64,000 bases of DNA, taken from sequence record MT799840.1. The stretch is one strand, 5' to 3'. Numbering within the stretch: position 1 is the first letter of the stretch; each line of letters opens with the position of its first letter. The notes beneath the pieces were generated by a model. That model had not been told where the DNA came from. It did not search any database and saw nothing but the letters and a program-made list of their open reading frames with translations. Both the position numbers and the translations under genes were made by a program. Shown here piece after piece: positions 1-8,068 of this stretch.

Positions 1-40
1 CGTTTTAGGCCAGTGATATGACTACAACGAGGGACAGCTA

Positions 41-1543
41 ATGCAACAGTATTTTGAAATTCCATCGTTGGACAAGACCATGCGCAAAGCTGTGGTCGAC
101 GGCGTCGTAGAACGTGTGCTAAACGAATCTGGTATTGAACGTGCCAGTGTTGTTTTCACGGATAGCTTCAACACCGCCCATCAGCCAGGCTCTACGCTCG
201 GCGATGAGACACCGGTGGACTATTCAGCACCGAACCGTGTCTACGTCGAAGTGGAAGAAGAACGTGATGAACGCGCACGCATTAACCGTCAAGTTGGGTT
301 AGCGGCAGAGATTCCATTCTTCCATAACCCCGAAGACCAAGTACGCGCCGCTCCTGTCCGCGTAATGTATAACGTGACTATCACGCTCCGGCGTGTCGGC
401 CCATCACGCGACGAATTGTTACGTTGGGCGAACCGCCTGGATTCACTTATCGACATGGGTCGCTATTCAACCATGACGGAATCCGAAGCGTACTACTTGA
501 TTCCAAAACCTGCGCTTAAGCTATTGAACGAATGCTATATCGCCGCAGGGACCCGTGTGCCGAAATACGATGACTTTAAAGATTATCTAAAGGCGCACTT
601 CACACCCGACGTTTTCACCACAGGTAATGTTGCCGGTGGTCAGAATGTCTTAGCGGTACGCTACGCACCAACCCGTATCGAGACGGTTTACGATGTTATC
701 TCTCCTACCTGGGATAACGACGAAAACCATTACGAGACCAGCTTCGTTATACGCTTCTCATATCAGCGACCCGAAGAGGTGGTGATTACCTACCCGTACA
801 TCATCAACCAGACACCGTTGCCTGATGAATGGTGGCCTGAGATAGACCCACCGTTTGTGAGTAATGAAGAGGGCGTGCAACGTCACCAACAGCAAAAGAA
901 CCTTGACGGCACTTGGTGGATTAATGAATCTCGCCAGTTCTTACGCCTACCGTATCTGCTGTCACCGACAGAACAGTTCGAACGTACACACTCGCCGCTA
1001 AAAGCAAAGCTTCTGCATGTGTTCGGCACCGATGTAGCCTTCGGTGAAGAAAACATGATCGACCCTGAGGTTTGTAGTATCGATGATTTACCGTATGTCT
1101 GGAATGCCGACGTGGTTCCTTATATCGAACACTGTCGCACGATAGACCCGACAGGTCAGACTGGCATTATCCGTATGGAATTGTTCGAGAATGGTCAAAT
1201 CATTGAACCACGTTTCTACCATTGGGAAAACGGCGTCTTCTCGCTACGTAACCGTGAAGTTCATGTCGAGAAAGCGTACTACTTAACAGAGTCGGCAATA
1301 CACGACTGGCGTAATCTGGACTTATGGCCACTGCATCTTTATCCAAAAGCGGCAAAAGTGCTTATTGAGTGGTTATTCCCAGATTGGGATTGCCCGGATT
1401 GGTGGTGGGATAAACCTGTGTTACCACCAAGTGTGATTGATGAAATCACGAAGTTCTATCGCCGTGTCCTGTTGACGCAATTTAATACCACGATTATAGC
1501 CATCAGAGGAGCCGATAATGCTCAAGGCGAACAAGAGGGGTGA
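41..1543 (+). CDS. Virion structural protein (neck/tail-junction region of phiKZ-like phages)
   Basis: 500-aa ORF with TATG motif at 17-20; first of an overlapping run of structural-type genes upstream of DnaB/capsid. Function inferred from synteny only. Confidence 0.55.
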   Translation: MQQYFEIPSLDKTMRKAVVDGVVERVLNESGIERASVVFTDSFNTAHQPGSTLGDETPVDYSAPNRVYVEVEEERDERARINRQVGLAAEIPFFHNPEDQVRAAPVRVMYNVTITLRRVGPSRDELLRWANRLDSLIDMGRYSTMTESEAYYLIPKPALKLLNECYIAAGTRVPKYDDFKDYLKAHFTPDVFTTGNVAGGQNVLAVRYAPTRIETVYDVISPTWDNDENHYETSFVIRFSYQRPEEVVITYPYIINQTPLPDEWWPEIDPPFVSNEEGVQRHQQQKNLDGTWWINESRQFLRLPYLLSPTEQFERTHSPLKAKLLHVFGTDVAFGEENMIDPEVCSIDDLPYVWNADVVPYIEHCRTIDPTGQTGIIRMELFENGQIIEPRFYHWENGVFSLRNREVHVEKAYYLTESAIHDWRNLDLWPLHLYPKAAKVLIEWLFPDWDCPDWWWDKPVLPPSVIDEITKFYRRVLLTQFNTTIIAIRGADNAQGEQEG

Positions 1544-2873
1544 TACTAAATTCGTTCCTGTTGAACCTGAGATTCCGATTATCAATAAACCGCAGGACGG
1601 GGTAAAAGAAGCCAGCAACTTGGTAACGATTCCAACCCGCACCACGGTAACGGACTTCGACAGGATTCCGAAACAGTATCTCCTGCAATACAACGAAGGT
1701 TCTGAATGGCCGGTTGATTTTTATCACGCGTTGTCGGGTCGCAACGATCCGAAGACGATGTTCGATACTCAGAATGACAGCCCTACGCAACAGCTGCTTA
1801 AGATTGTTAATTTGTCGCTGCGTGTTAATGCGCCGCTTGACCGTACGCAGGACGAGCAACGTAAGACTTTCGAACTGACCGGGACGTCGACCCTGGTAGC
1901 ATCGATTACACCGAACGAAGGCGACTTCTTCGTTGCCCCAATAGGTGATCATCGACACGGTCTGTTTAACATCACCGCCGTTACCCGAATGTCGAACAAC
2001 AAAATTGCAACGTATCAAATACGTTACACGATGTTGTACGAGATTACACCACAGATTGCAGAGACGATTCGTCTATGCACTGTGAGAACGCTCCACTACG
2101 TCCGTGAGCGCGCGTGGACCGGTGGTGATACCTTACTGACCCCCAACGAGTATCGTACGTTCCTGGAGCTGGGAGACCGCATTAAGGACATTGAGACGAC
2201 GTTTGTTCGCCGTTTCTACGATACCAGTTTAGAAACCCTCGCCTATCCACGTGACTGGAAACTTGACGGGTTAAAGGCAGGTGGCTACTACGACGTCTTC
2301 TTGGCGATGTTTGTGAAGGCTATCGGTCTTCGAACCGTTGGTAAAGATATCCGTATTTACCCACACCCGCCGAAACCTGTGCAAGATATCGAAACGCTGT
2401 TCACGGTGTTGTTAAATCAACAGCCAGGACTACTACCGTACGTCGAGAAAGAATGCAGCGCAGTTAACCCGCGCACGTTCAGAACGATGCAGACCCGCAA
2501 CACCATCGCGTGGTCACAGTTCAGTTCAACGCGCTTCTTTACATCACAGATTCGTCAGTTGGCAACGTACGATGGGGAGTGGCCAGAGTTCGAAGCATTC
2601 GAACCGGTTATGTTCCCTGAGTATCAGGGCAACGCAGGCGAGGATATGGTGGCTTTTCTGCCGTTGACGTATAAACCCTACCTGTTAAGCGAAACGTTCT
2701 ATAGCGGCTCGTACAGCTCGGTTCTGGAGCATTGTTTGTACCTGTATCTGAACAAACAACCGGTACCTAGTGAAGTGGCTGCGCGTTTAGCAGAATTGGT
2801 GCTGGCTTTACCGAAGGACAGTCAGTTCTATTACGTCCCGATGGTCTACGTGATTTTGAAATACGCGAGGTAG
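1518..2873 (+). CDS. Virion structural protein, possibly head-closure/neck (T4 gp14-like)
   Basis: 451 aa; segment PNEGDFFVAPIGDHRHGLFNITAV resembles the P-x-EGD...F-x-I-x-x-V signature of gp14-type neck proteins. Confidence 0.5.
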   Translation: MLKANKRGDTKFVPVEPEIPIINKPQDGVKEASNLVTIPTRTTVTDFDRIPKQYLLQYNEGSEWPVDFYHALSGRNDPKTMFDTQNDSPTQQLLKIVNLSLRVNAPLDRTQDEQRKTFELTGTSTLVASITPNEGDFFVAPIGDHRHGLFNITAVTRMSNNKIATYQIRYTMLYEITPQIAETIRLCTVRTLHYVRERAWTGGDTLLTPNEYRTFLELGDRIKDIETTFVRRFYDTSLETLAYPRDWKLDGLKAGGYYDVFLAMFVKAIGLRTVGKDIRIYPHPPKPVQDIETLFTVLLNQQPGLLPYVEKECSAVNPRTFRTMQTRNTIAWSQFSSTRFFTSQIRQLATYDGEWPEFEAFEPVMFPEYQGNAGEDMVAFLPLTYKPYLLSETFYSGSYSSVLEHCLYLYLNKQPVPSEVAARLAELVLALPKDSQFYYVPMVYVILKYAR

Positions 2874-2875
2874 TA

Positions 2876-3415
2876 ATGTCGGAGAAGAAGCGCAGTGCAG
2901 CATTTATGCTGTTTAAAGCGTGGGTGTTCTTCCGGGTACCGGAATACGCAACCATCACAACCTACGCCAGTCAGGAACACGGATTGTTCTTGCCAGAAGA
3001 CCCGAAGAAACGACAAGCGTTGTTACTGAACATGAAGCCTATCTATCTGCACCCCTCAGAAGCTGCTGAGTATTTAGCGACCGGTGGTGCGTTAGATGTA
3101 CACGACCCGCATGACGGGATTAAAGTGTACGGGTGGATTATGGAACACCTTGCGGACTGGCTGAACTATCTGGAGAACCCGACGCTGATTTACCGGGAAG
3201 TCCCTATCGAAGGGTTGCGTCAGTTCAATGTGCTGGCTTCGAAACTGTTTCCTGTGGCTAACCGCTACGGGTATTTCAAGAAACCCACGGCAACGATGGC
3301 GGACTGTGTTCAGTCGTTATTTGGGCAGGTCCGCCTGGAGTCTAAACTCCACCGTTTTAATGATACGATTATGAAACGTATTGAGTACGCTTATAGAGCC
3401 CGAGGAGGTCGCTAA
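2876..3415 (+). CDS. Hypothetical protein in structural operon
   Basis: 179-aa ORF translationally coupled to neighbours (TAATG overlap at 3413-3417). Confidence 0.7.
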   Translation: MSEKKRSAAFMLFKAWVFFRVPEYATITTYASQEHGLFLPEDPKKRQALLLNMKPIYLHPSEAAEYLATGGALDVHDPHDGIKVYGWIMEHLADWLNYLENPTLIYREVPIEGLRQFNVLASKLFPVANRYGYFKKPTATMADCVQSLFGQVRLESKLHRFNDTIMKRIEYAYRARGGR

Positions 3416-4728
3416 TGTCGTTTGGTCGGTTACAACAGATGGCGAACGGTCACATCGCTAATGCTCGGGGGTTACCGGCTATCGACTACGGGATATTCCT
3501 CACGGTACACGGTGCCCCAGTGACGGTGTTGAAGATGCTGTCTATCATTCACACCGGTCACTTTACGCGTGATATCTGTTTATTGACACATCTCACCTTG
3601 GCTATACCCTACAGCCACATGCGAATGATCACGTCGTCCGCAGAAGGGGATTTGAAGGTAAAGCTGTTATTGCGTCGTGGACAGAAAATCGCGGGGGTCT
3701 TTAACTACCGCGGCATCGTGATAAATAACCGCGACCACAACGCGGAATCACCGACGATGTTCTTGAGTCAGTCTGATGAGAAATCTATCGCTTTGGTAAC
3801 ATTGGAGCTGATGGATGAGTCGATGTGGTTCCTGCGTAATCGTCAAGTGGGCGGTATCTACCACGAAACAGATGGGTTAACAGTGGCACGCTCGATACTG
3901 GCGGATACGTTGCCGGACGGGGTGGCTGCAGAGGGGCAGTTGAAAGGAATTGAATACGACGAGGAAGAACAGCAGGCATATCGGGACATCGTTATACCAG
4001 ACTCCGAAGACTTCTTAAGCGTGTTTGATTATCTGCAGAACCATTACGGTGTTTACAGCAAAGGTATTGGGGTCTTCCAATACCTACAACGATGGTATCT
4101 GTATCGACCTTGGGACTCGTTGAAGTTTAATAACACAACGAAGCCTAAACTGGTCATCTATAATCTGCCTCGTGAACAGGCTGCTCACATTGACCGCACC
4201 ACCGATATCGCGGGTAATGTTATCTATCTGATTTGTGGCGGCGACACCAGTAGTTTGGAATACCGTGACCAGGCCGCACTTAACCATGGTACGGGTTACC
4301 GGGTAGGGTCTGTACGTGTGTTGGATGGGCGTAGTAGTTCATTTACGCCTGGCGACATCAGTATGACCACACCTGATAAATTTGTGGCACAGGCTAACCC
4401 CGCAGCGTATCCCGGTGGCGTGGTTAACGCACCAATCGATCCTGATAAGCACTTTAGCGATACCGATAAACCACAGCGGTCTAAACTGGAGATGAGCCTG
4501 GGTACGATTGTGCAAACAACCTGGAACCGTTCAACGCACGGCATCCTATATCCCGGTATGCCAGTAAAATACGTTTTTGCCAACGAGTATGGGGTCTATA
4601 CCCGCTACGGCACGTTGGTGGGGGAGGTGTTCCAGTCTGCTGTCGACGGTCAAACGATGGCATCAGGACGCTATAACACCCAATCACAACTGAGTCTTTG
4701 GCTCAAAGATGAAAAATTTACAGCTTAG
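3415..4728 (+). CDS. Putative baseplate hub protein (T4 gp27/VgrG-like)
   Basis: 437 aa, beta-rich; layout (GGIYH...ARSIL...DIVIP...FDYLQNHYGVY) and C-terminal barrel-like segment fit hub proteins. Inference. Confidence 0.5.
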   Translation: MSFGRLQQMANGHIANARGLPAIDYGIFLTVHGAPVTVLKMLSIIHTGHFTRDICLLTHLTLAIPYSHMRMITSSAEGDLKVKLLLRRGQKIAGVFNYRGIVINNRDHNAESPTMFLSQSDEKSIALVTLELMDESMWFLRNRQVGGIYHETDGLTVARSILADTLPDGVAAEGQLKGIEYDEEEQQAYRDIVIPDSEDFLSVFDYLQNHYGVYSKGIGVFQYLQRWYLYRPWDSLKFNNTTKPKLVIYNLPREQAAHIDRTTDIAGNVIYLICGGDTSSLEYRDQAALNHGTGYRVGSVRVLDGRSSSFTPGDISMTTPDKFVAQANPAAYPGGVVNAPIDPDKHFSDTDKPQRSKLEMSLGTIVQTTWNRSTHGILYPGMPVKYVFANEYGVYTRYGTLVGEVFQSAVDGQTMASGRYNTQSQLSLWLKDEKFTA

Positions 4729-4740
4729 TCATCTAGTATG
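4718..4740 (+). promoter_or_regulatory. Bipartite promoter TTAC-N15-TATG
   Basis: AAAAATTTAC, then 15 nt, then TATG; 32 nt before ATG 4772. Confidence 0.65.
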
Positions 4741-4771
4741 ACCAGTAAGTAACCTTAAGGAAAATATTGCA

Positions 4772-5569
4772 ATGAAAGCGATTCACACCTTTCGCATGAC
4801 CGGCCAAACTGTTCTCGATATTGACGCGTATGAAGCCGCTAACTTCACCAAACCGACCAAGCTCTGGGATCGCCTGGTTAAGGTACTACCGCAGAGCGGT
4901 GAGGTGCAGTTGGATTTTGTCATGGCGTCGACGTTGGATAAGACAGTAGCAGTTATTTATACTGCTGACGGTGTGCAGAGTAAGAAGGACCTGGCAATCG
5001 AAGATAAAGGCGGGCTGGGCTATCACTTATTCCTGCACTGCGTAACCACTGCACCGATTTCAGCTGCGCTGGCGGGTCAGTACGGTTTCGCGAATGCGTA
5101 TTTCCTGGCACAGAAGCTCGCCGTGAATGTTATTCCGGGTGACGTGACCACTTACCCTGAATACGTACAGCGTATCCTGCCAGAACACTTCGCTGCAGAC
5201 GACTACGATTTCAATGTGTTCCGTTTCGCACTGATCGGCGAATCGCGCGATCCGGAGTACACCGTTGGGCTGCGTGCCTGTCTGCGTCACTCCGTTATCT
5301 CTTCGGACGAAGGGATGTCGAATAACGTGAACGAAGTGTTCCCGATGATGCAAGTCGGTCCGTATATCACTTTCAACTCGTACATTCCGTTCCCGGCACA
5401 GATTCTGCCGCCGCAGAACGATAACAGTGTACTGCCAATCGCCGACAAGTATTCACTGCGTGCGAGCGAAGCAGTTGAAGTGATTAACGATCGTCGCTTT
5501 ACATTGTCAGTGACCAGCGGCATCAGTGAACCGGAAGTTGCGGTCTCACAGAGCCTGGATTTGATGTAA
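4772..5569 (+). CDS. Hypothetical (likely virion) protein
   Basis: 265 aa, SD TAAGGA, own bipartite promoter at 4718-4740, terminator after. Confidence 0.7.
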   Translation: MKAIHTFRMTGQTVLDIDAYEAANFTKPTKLWDRLVKVLPQSGEVQLDFVMASTLDKTVAVIYTADGVQSKKDLAIEDKGGLGYHLFLHCVTTAPISAALAGQYGFANAYFLAQKLAVNVIPGDVTTYPEYVQRILPEHFAADDYDFNVFRFALIGESRDPEYTVGLRACLRHSVISSDEGMSNNVNEVFPMMQVGPYITFNSYIPFPAQILPPQNDNSVLPIADKYSLRASEAVEVINDRRFTLSVTSGISEPEVAVSQSLDLM

Positions 5570-5576
5570 AAGTGTG

Positions 5577-5611
5577 CCTGGTCTCCTTGTGAGACCAGGT
5601 CTCTTTATTTT
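5577..5611 (+). terminator. Intrinsic terminator
   Basis: CCTGGTCTC-CTTGT-GAGACCAGG + T-rich tail. Confidence 0.8.
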
Positions 5612-5662
5612 AGCCCTCTAAACGCACTCACAACCTTCTAAAGCCACTCTAACGGTAGAACG

Positions 5663-5716
5663 ACCCTCTATAGTGATAAAAGCTCTCAAAACGCGTTTGA
5701 GAGCGTTATAGAGGGT
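5663..5716. repeat. Long interrupted palindrome
   Basis: ACCCTCTATA (5663-72) pairs with TATAGAGGGT (5707-16); GCTCTCAAA (5682-90) pairs with TTTGAGAGC (5696-5704). Confidence 0.85.
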
Positions 5717-5735
5717 ATACTCTGAATAAAAATAA

Positions 5736-5811
5736 TTTCAGATATATATTACCTAGGTGATAGAAGACAATCTATCAACACAATCGACTATTAATCTAAA
5801 GGAGTATTGCC
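5736..5811 (+). promoter_or_regulatory. Early (virion-RNAP type) promoter cassette, copy 1
   Basis: TTTCAGATATATATTACCTAGGTGA + hairpin + AATCGACTATT + SD; TATATTAC is the phiKZ early consensus. Confidence 0.8.
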
Positions 5812-5955
5812 ATGTTAACTCGTAACCATAAACGTGCCATCTTTGCCATCGTTGCTGTTGTTGCTTTCGCGGTACTGTCTATCACTGTAACTCAAGATTA
5901 CAATAAGTGTATCGATAACGGTAACTCTGTTGCCATGTGTACAGGTCGCGGCTAA
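5812..5955 (+). CDS. Small membrane protein (47 aa, not in ORF track)
   Basis: Hand translation MLTRNHKRAIFAIVAVVAFAVLSITVTQDYNKCIDNGNSVAMCTGRG; SD AAAGGAG; stop overlaps next ATG (TAATG). Confidence 0.75.
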   Translation: MLTRNHKRAIFAIVAVVAFAVLSITVTQDYNKCIDNGNSVAMCTGRG

Positions 5956-6137
5956 TGGACTTTTCTGATGCGCAGTTTGCCGAGTTCTTATCTCACCCGC
6001 GTGTTAAACGTGAGTGGGATAATCTCACTAACAGTGTTCGTCGTCAGGACGAAGAAGAAATCGTTCACGTTACCGCACAAGTCTTACTCGTCTCACCGAC
6101 AGGTAATGTGTTTCCAATGCAGCAGGAGATTTACTAA
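5955..6137 (+). CDS. Small hypothetical early protein
   Basis: Start moved to ATG 5955 (MDFSDAQ...) by TAATG coupling. Confidence 0.65.
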   Translation: MDFSDAQFAEFLSHPRVKREWDNLTNSVRRQDEEEIVHVTAQVLLVSPTGNVFPMQQEIY

Positions 6138-6325
6138 TGGGTGTTTTAGTTAATTACGATGGTAAAAACGGAATCGTGCTTCGTGAAGTGGAAGATAACG
6201 AAGCAGTAGAGGTGAATCCGCAAACCTCAGAACGTACGTTTATCGTGGGGCCGAAAAGCGCACTACCGAAGCCGGACTGGAAAGAAGAGCTGGCGAAGTT
6301 CCGTGGGGAACTCGGGAAGAAGTAG
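6137..6325 (+). CDS. Small hypothetical early protein
   Basis: 62 aa, TAATG-coupled, followed by terminator. Confidence 0.65.
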   Translation: MGVLVNYDGKNGIVLREVEDNEAVEVNPQTSERTFIVGPKSALPKPDWKEELAKFRGELGKK

Positions 6326-6336
6326 TATAGATAATT

Positions 6337-6366
6337 TAATACCACCTACGGGTGGTATTATTTTTT
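6337..6366 (+). terminator. Intrinsic terminator
   Basis: TAATACCACC-TACG-GGTGGTATTA + T6. Confidence 0.85.
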
Positions 6367-6384
6367 GCCTAAGGAACGTGAAAA

Positions 6385-6801
6385 ATGATTAATGAGAAGC
6401 TCCAAAAGTATTTAAAGAATGACACCGACTGGATGGTCCTTGACCAGTACGGACGATTTGTTCCGCTATCCAAGGATTCCCCTATACCCCGTGACAAGGC
6501 GATTTATATTCCTGACGGTAAGGGCGGTTATCGTTTCTGGGAAGGCCAGGAAGTAAAAGAGGAAATGTTCTACATGGAGCCGAAGTTCCGTGCAGCGTTC
6601 CCATCGAAAAATATCAACGGCTATGTTTACAACGCAATTCCGCCAATTACGCATCCTAACTTTGAGGTTGTGAACTACCCCGCAACTGTTCTGGATTGGC
6701 AACGTGCCATTAGTGAACACTACACGATCCCGCTTGAAGGTGTTTACTTCCCATTCCGTGATATTAGTTTAGATGACTTTATTAACTCTCTTAAGGACTA
6801 A
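6385..6801 (+). CDS. Hypothetical protein
   Basis: 138 aa with SD AAGGA. Confidence 0.65.
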   Translation: MINEKLQKYLKNDTDWMVLDQYGRFVPLSKDSPIPRDKAIYIPDGKGGYRFWEGQEVKEEMFYMEPKFRAAFPSKNINGYVYNAIPPITHPNFEVVNYPATVLDWQRAISEHYTIPLEGVYFPFRDISLDDFINSLKD

Positions 6802-6803
6802 AA

Positions 6804-7664
6804 ATGTACAGCATTACTGATTTCATCAAAAGTTCAGATTTCCCCCTACCTCCCGACCACGAAGTATTGGCTAGCGATCCGTTAACCGATGCGGCCATTG
6901 TCCAGCTGGACCGCGACAAACGTCGTACTTACGTCGTGTTGGTCGAAGGGCAGAGCTACGGCCTGTCTTCTTACGACCTGGAGCAGCAGGAGCGTTTCCT
7001 CGATGAAAACCGCAAAACGTCAATGTATAGCGCTATCTCGCGCGCGTTGTGCAAGGTAATGGCGACGATCACAGACAGCAAAAAGCGCATTGCCGTGCTA
7101 CAGGGTATCAATGCGCTAACGACCAAAATCCAGCAACTTGAAGGTTTCCATTGCCCACGATTGGAAGCCGCACAGAAGGATGCTAAGGGCGATGAGGCCA
7201 TGGCGCTGTTTGAAGGCAATACTGTCTTTGCAACAGCTGAAGCTTGTTATCTCACCTATCCAACTTTTAACTATACGCCAATCAGCGACACCGTAGACGG
7301 GATTAAAGTAGAGAACGTCGTGCAATGGGGTCGCGCAAATCTCAAGTTTGTGATGTCCCATGAAGAAGAAAATCAAGACGGCCTTGGCCAGAAGATTCAA
7401 CGTTGGTTCACGGCGCGTTTGGACGCCGACTGGGAAGCGCATGTTAACGCAGAGCTTCGTAAGTTTCACGCGGTAGTCGCATTGTTAAAAGAAGACGCTC
7501 CCGCCCCGAAACAATCGAAGGCACCAGTGGTTGGCTGGACGTGTTCCGGCTGTAACCGCAACCATGTCGCTACCGTACCGAGAACCCATCGCTACACTTC
7601 GCAGACAATGAACATTGCTTGTCCGGCTTGCGGTAAGATCAACGAAGTTGATTATAAACCGTAG
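6804..7664 (+). CDS. Hypothetical protein with C-terminal zinc ribbon
   Basis: CSGC...CPAC pair near the C-terminus. Confidence 0.7.
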   Translation: MYSITDFIKSSDFPLPPDHEVLASDPLTDAAIVQLDRDKRRTYVVLVEGQSYGLSSYDLEQQERFLDENRKTSMYSAISRALCKVMATITDSKKRIAVLQGINALTTKIQQLEGFHCPRLEAAQKDAKGDEAMALFEGNTVFATAEACYLTYPTFNYTPISDTVDGIKVENVVQWGRANLKFVMSHEEENQDGLGQKIQRWFTARLDADWEAHVNAELRKFHAVVALLKEDAPAPKQSKAPVVGWTCSGCNRNHVATVPRTHRYTSQTMNIACPACGKINEVDYKP

Positions 7665-7666
7665 TA

Positions 7667-7710
7667 GTACCCCTCTTACCTTCGGGTAAGAGGGATTTGT
7701 ATTTATTTTC
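7667..7710 (+). terminator. Intrinsic terminator
   Basis: CCCTCTTACC-TTCG-GGTAAGAGGG + T-rich tail. Confidence 0.85.
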
Positions 7711-7712
7711 CG

Positions 7713-7751
7713 AAAAGAAAATAAAAGGCGCTCTCTCCCGAAGGAGAGAGC
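7713..7751 (-). terminator. Intrinsic terminator for leftward (dnaB) transcript
   Basis: On the minus strand GCTCTCTCC-TTCG-GGAGAGAGC followed by a T-tract. Confidence 0.75.
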
Positions 7752-7777
7752 TTATTCACATCCACTTAGAGGTTAAC

Positions 7778-7924
7778 ATGAATACCTTTATGCAACAACT
7801 GCGTCAGCAACAGCTGAAACAAGTCGCTTTTCAACAACGTCTGCAAGAGGTTACCCGCCAACCGCAGACTTCCACCCGTACCATTAAAGGACTAGGAGGT
7901 GAGATAATACTCAACAAGAGATAA
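7778..7924 (+). CDS. Small Gln-rich hypothetical protein
   Basis: SD AGAGG before ATG 7778; MNTFMQQLRQQQ...; 48 aa. Confidence 0.45.
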   Translation: MNTFMQQLRQQQLKQVAFQQRLQEVTRQPQTSTRTIKGLGGEIILNKR

Positions 7925-8068
7925 CAGGAATATTTGCCTGGAATAATTATACCCGAGTGCTAGAACACTCGGGTAATTCCACGCATATAAATAGTTCGTC
8001 GTATTTTTTTTTGATCTCGGCAGGACGCATAAACTGCCCGTAGGGGAGCCTAAGCTCCCCAGTGTTCG

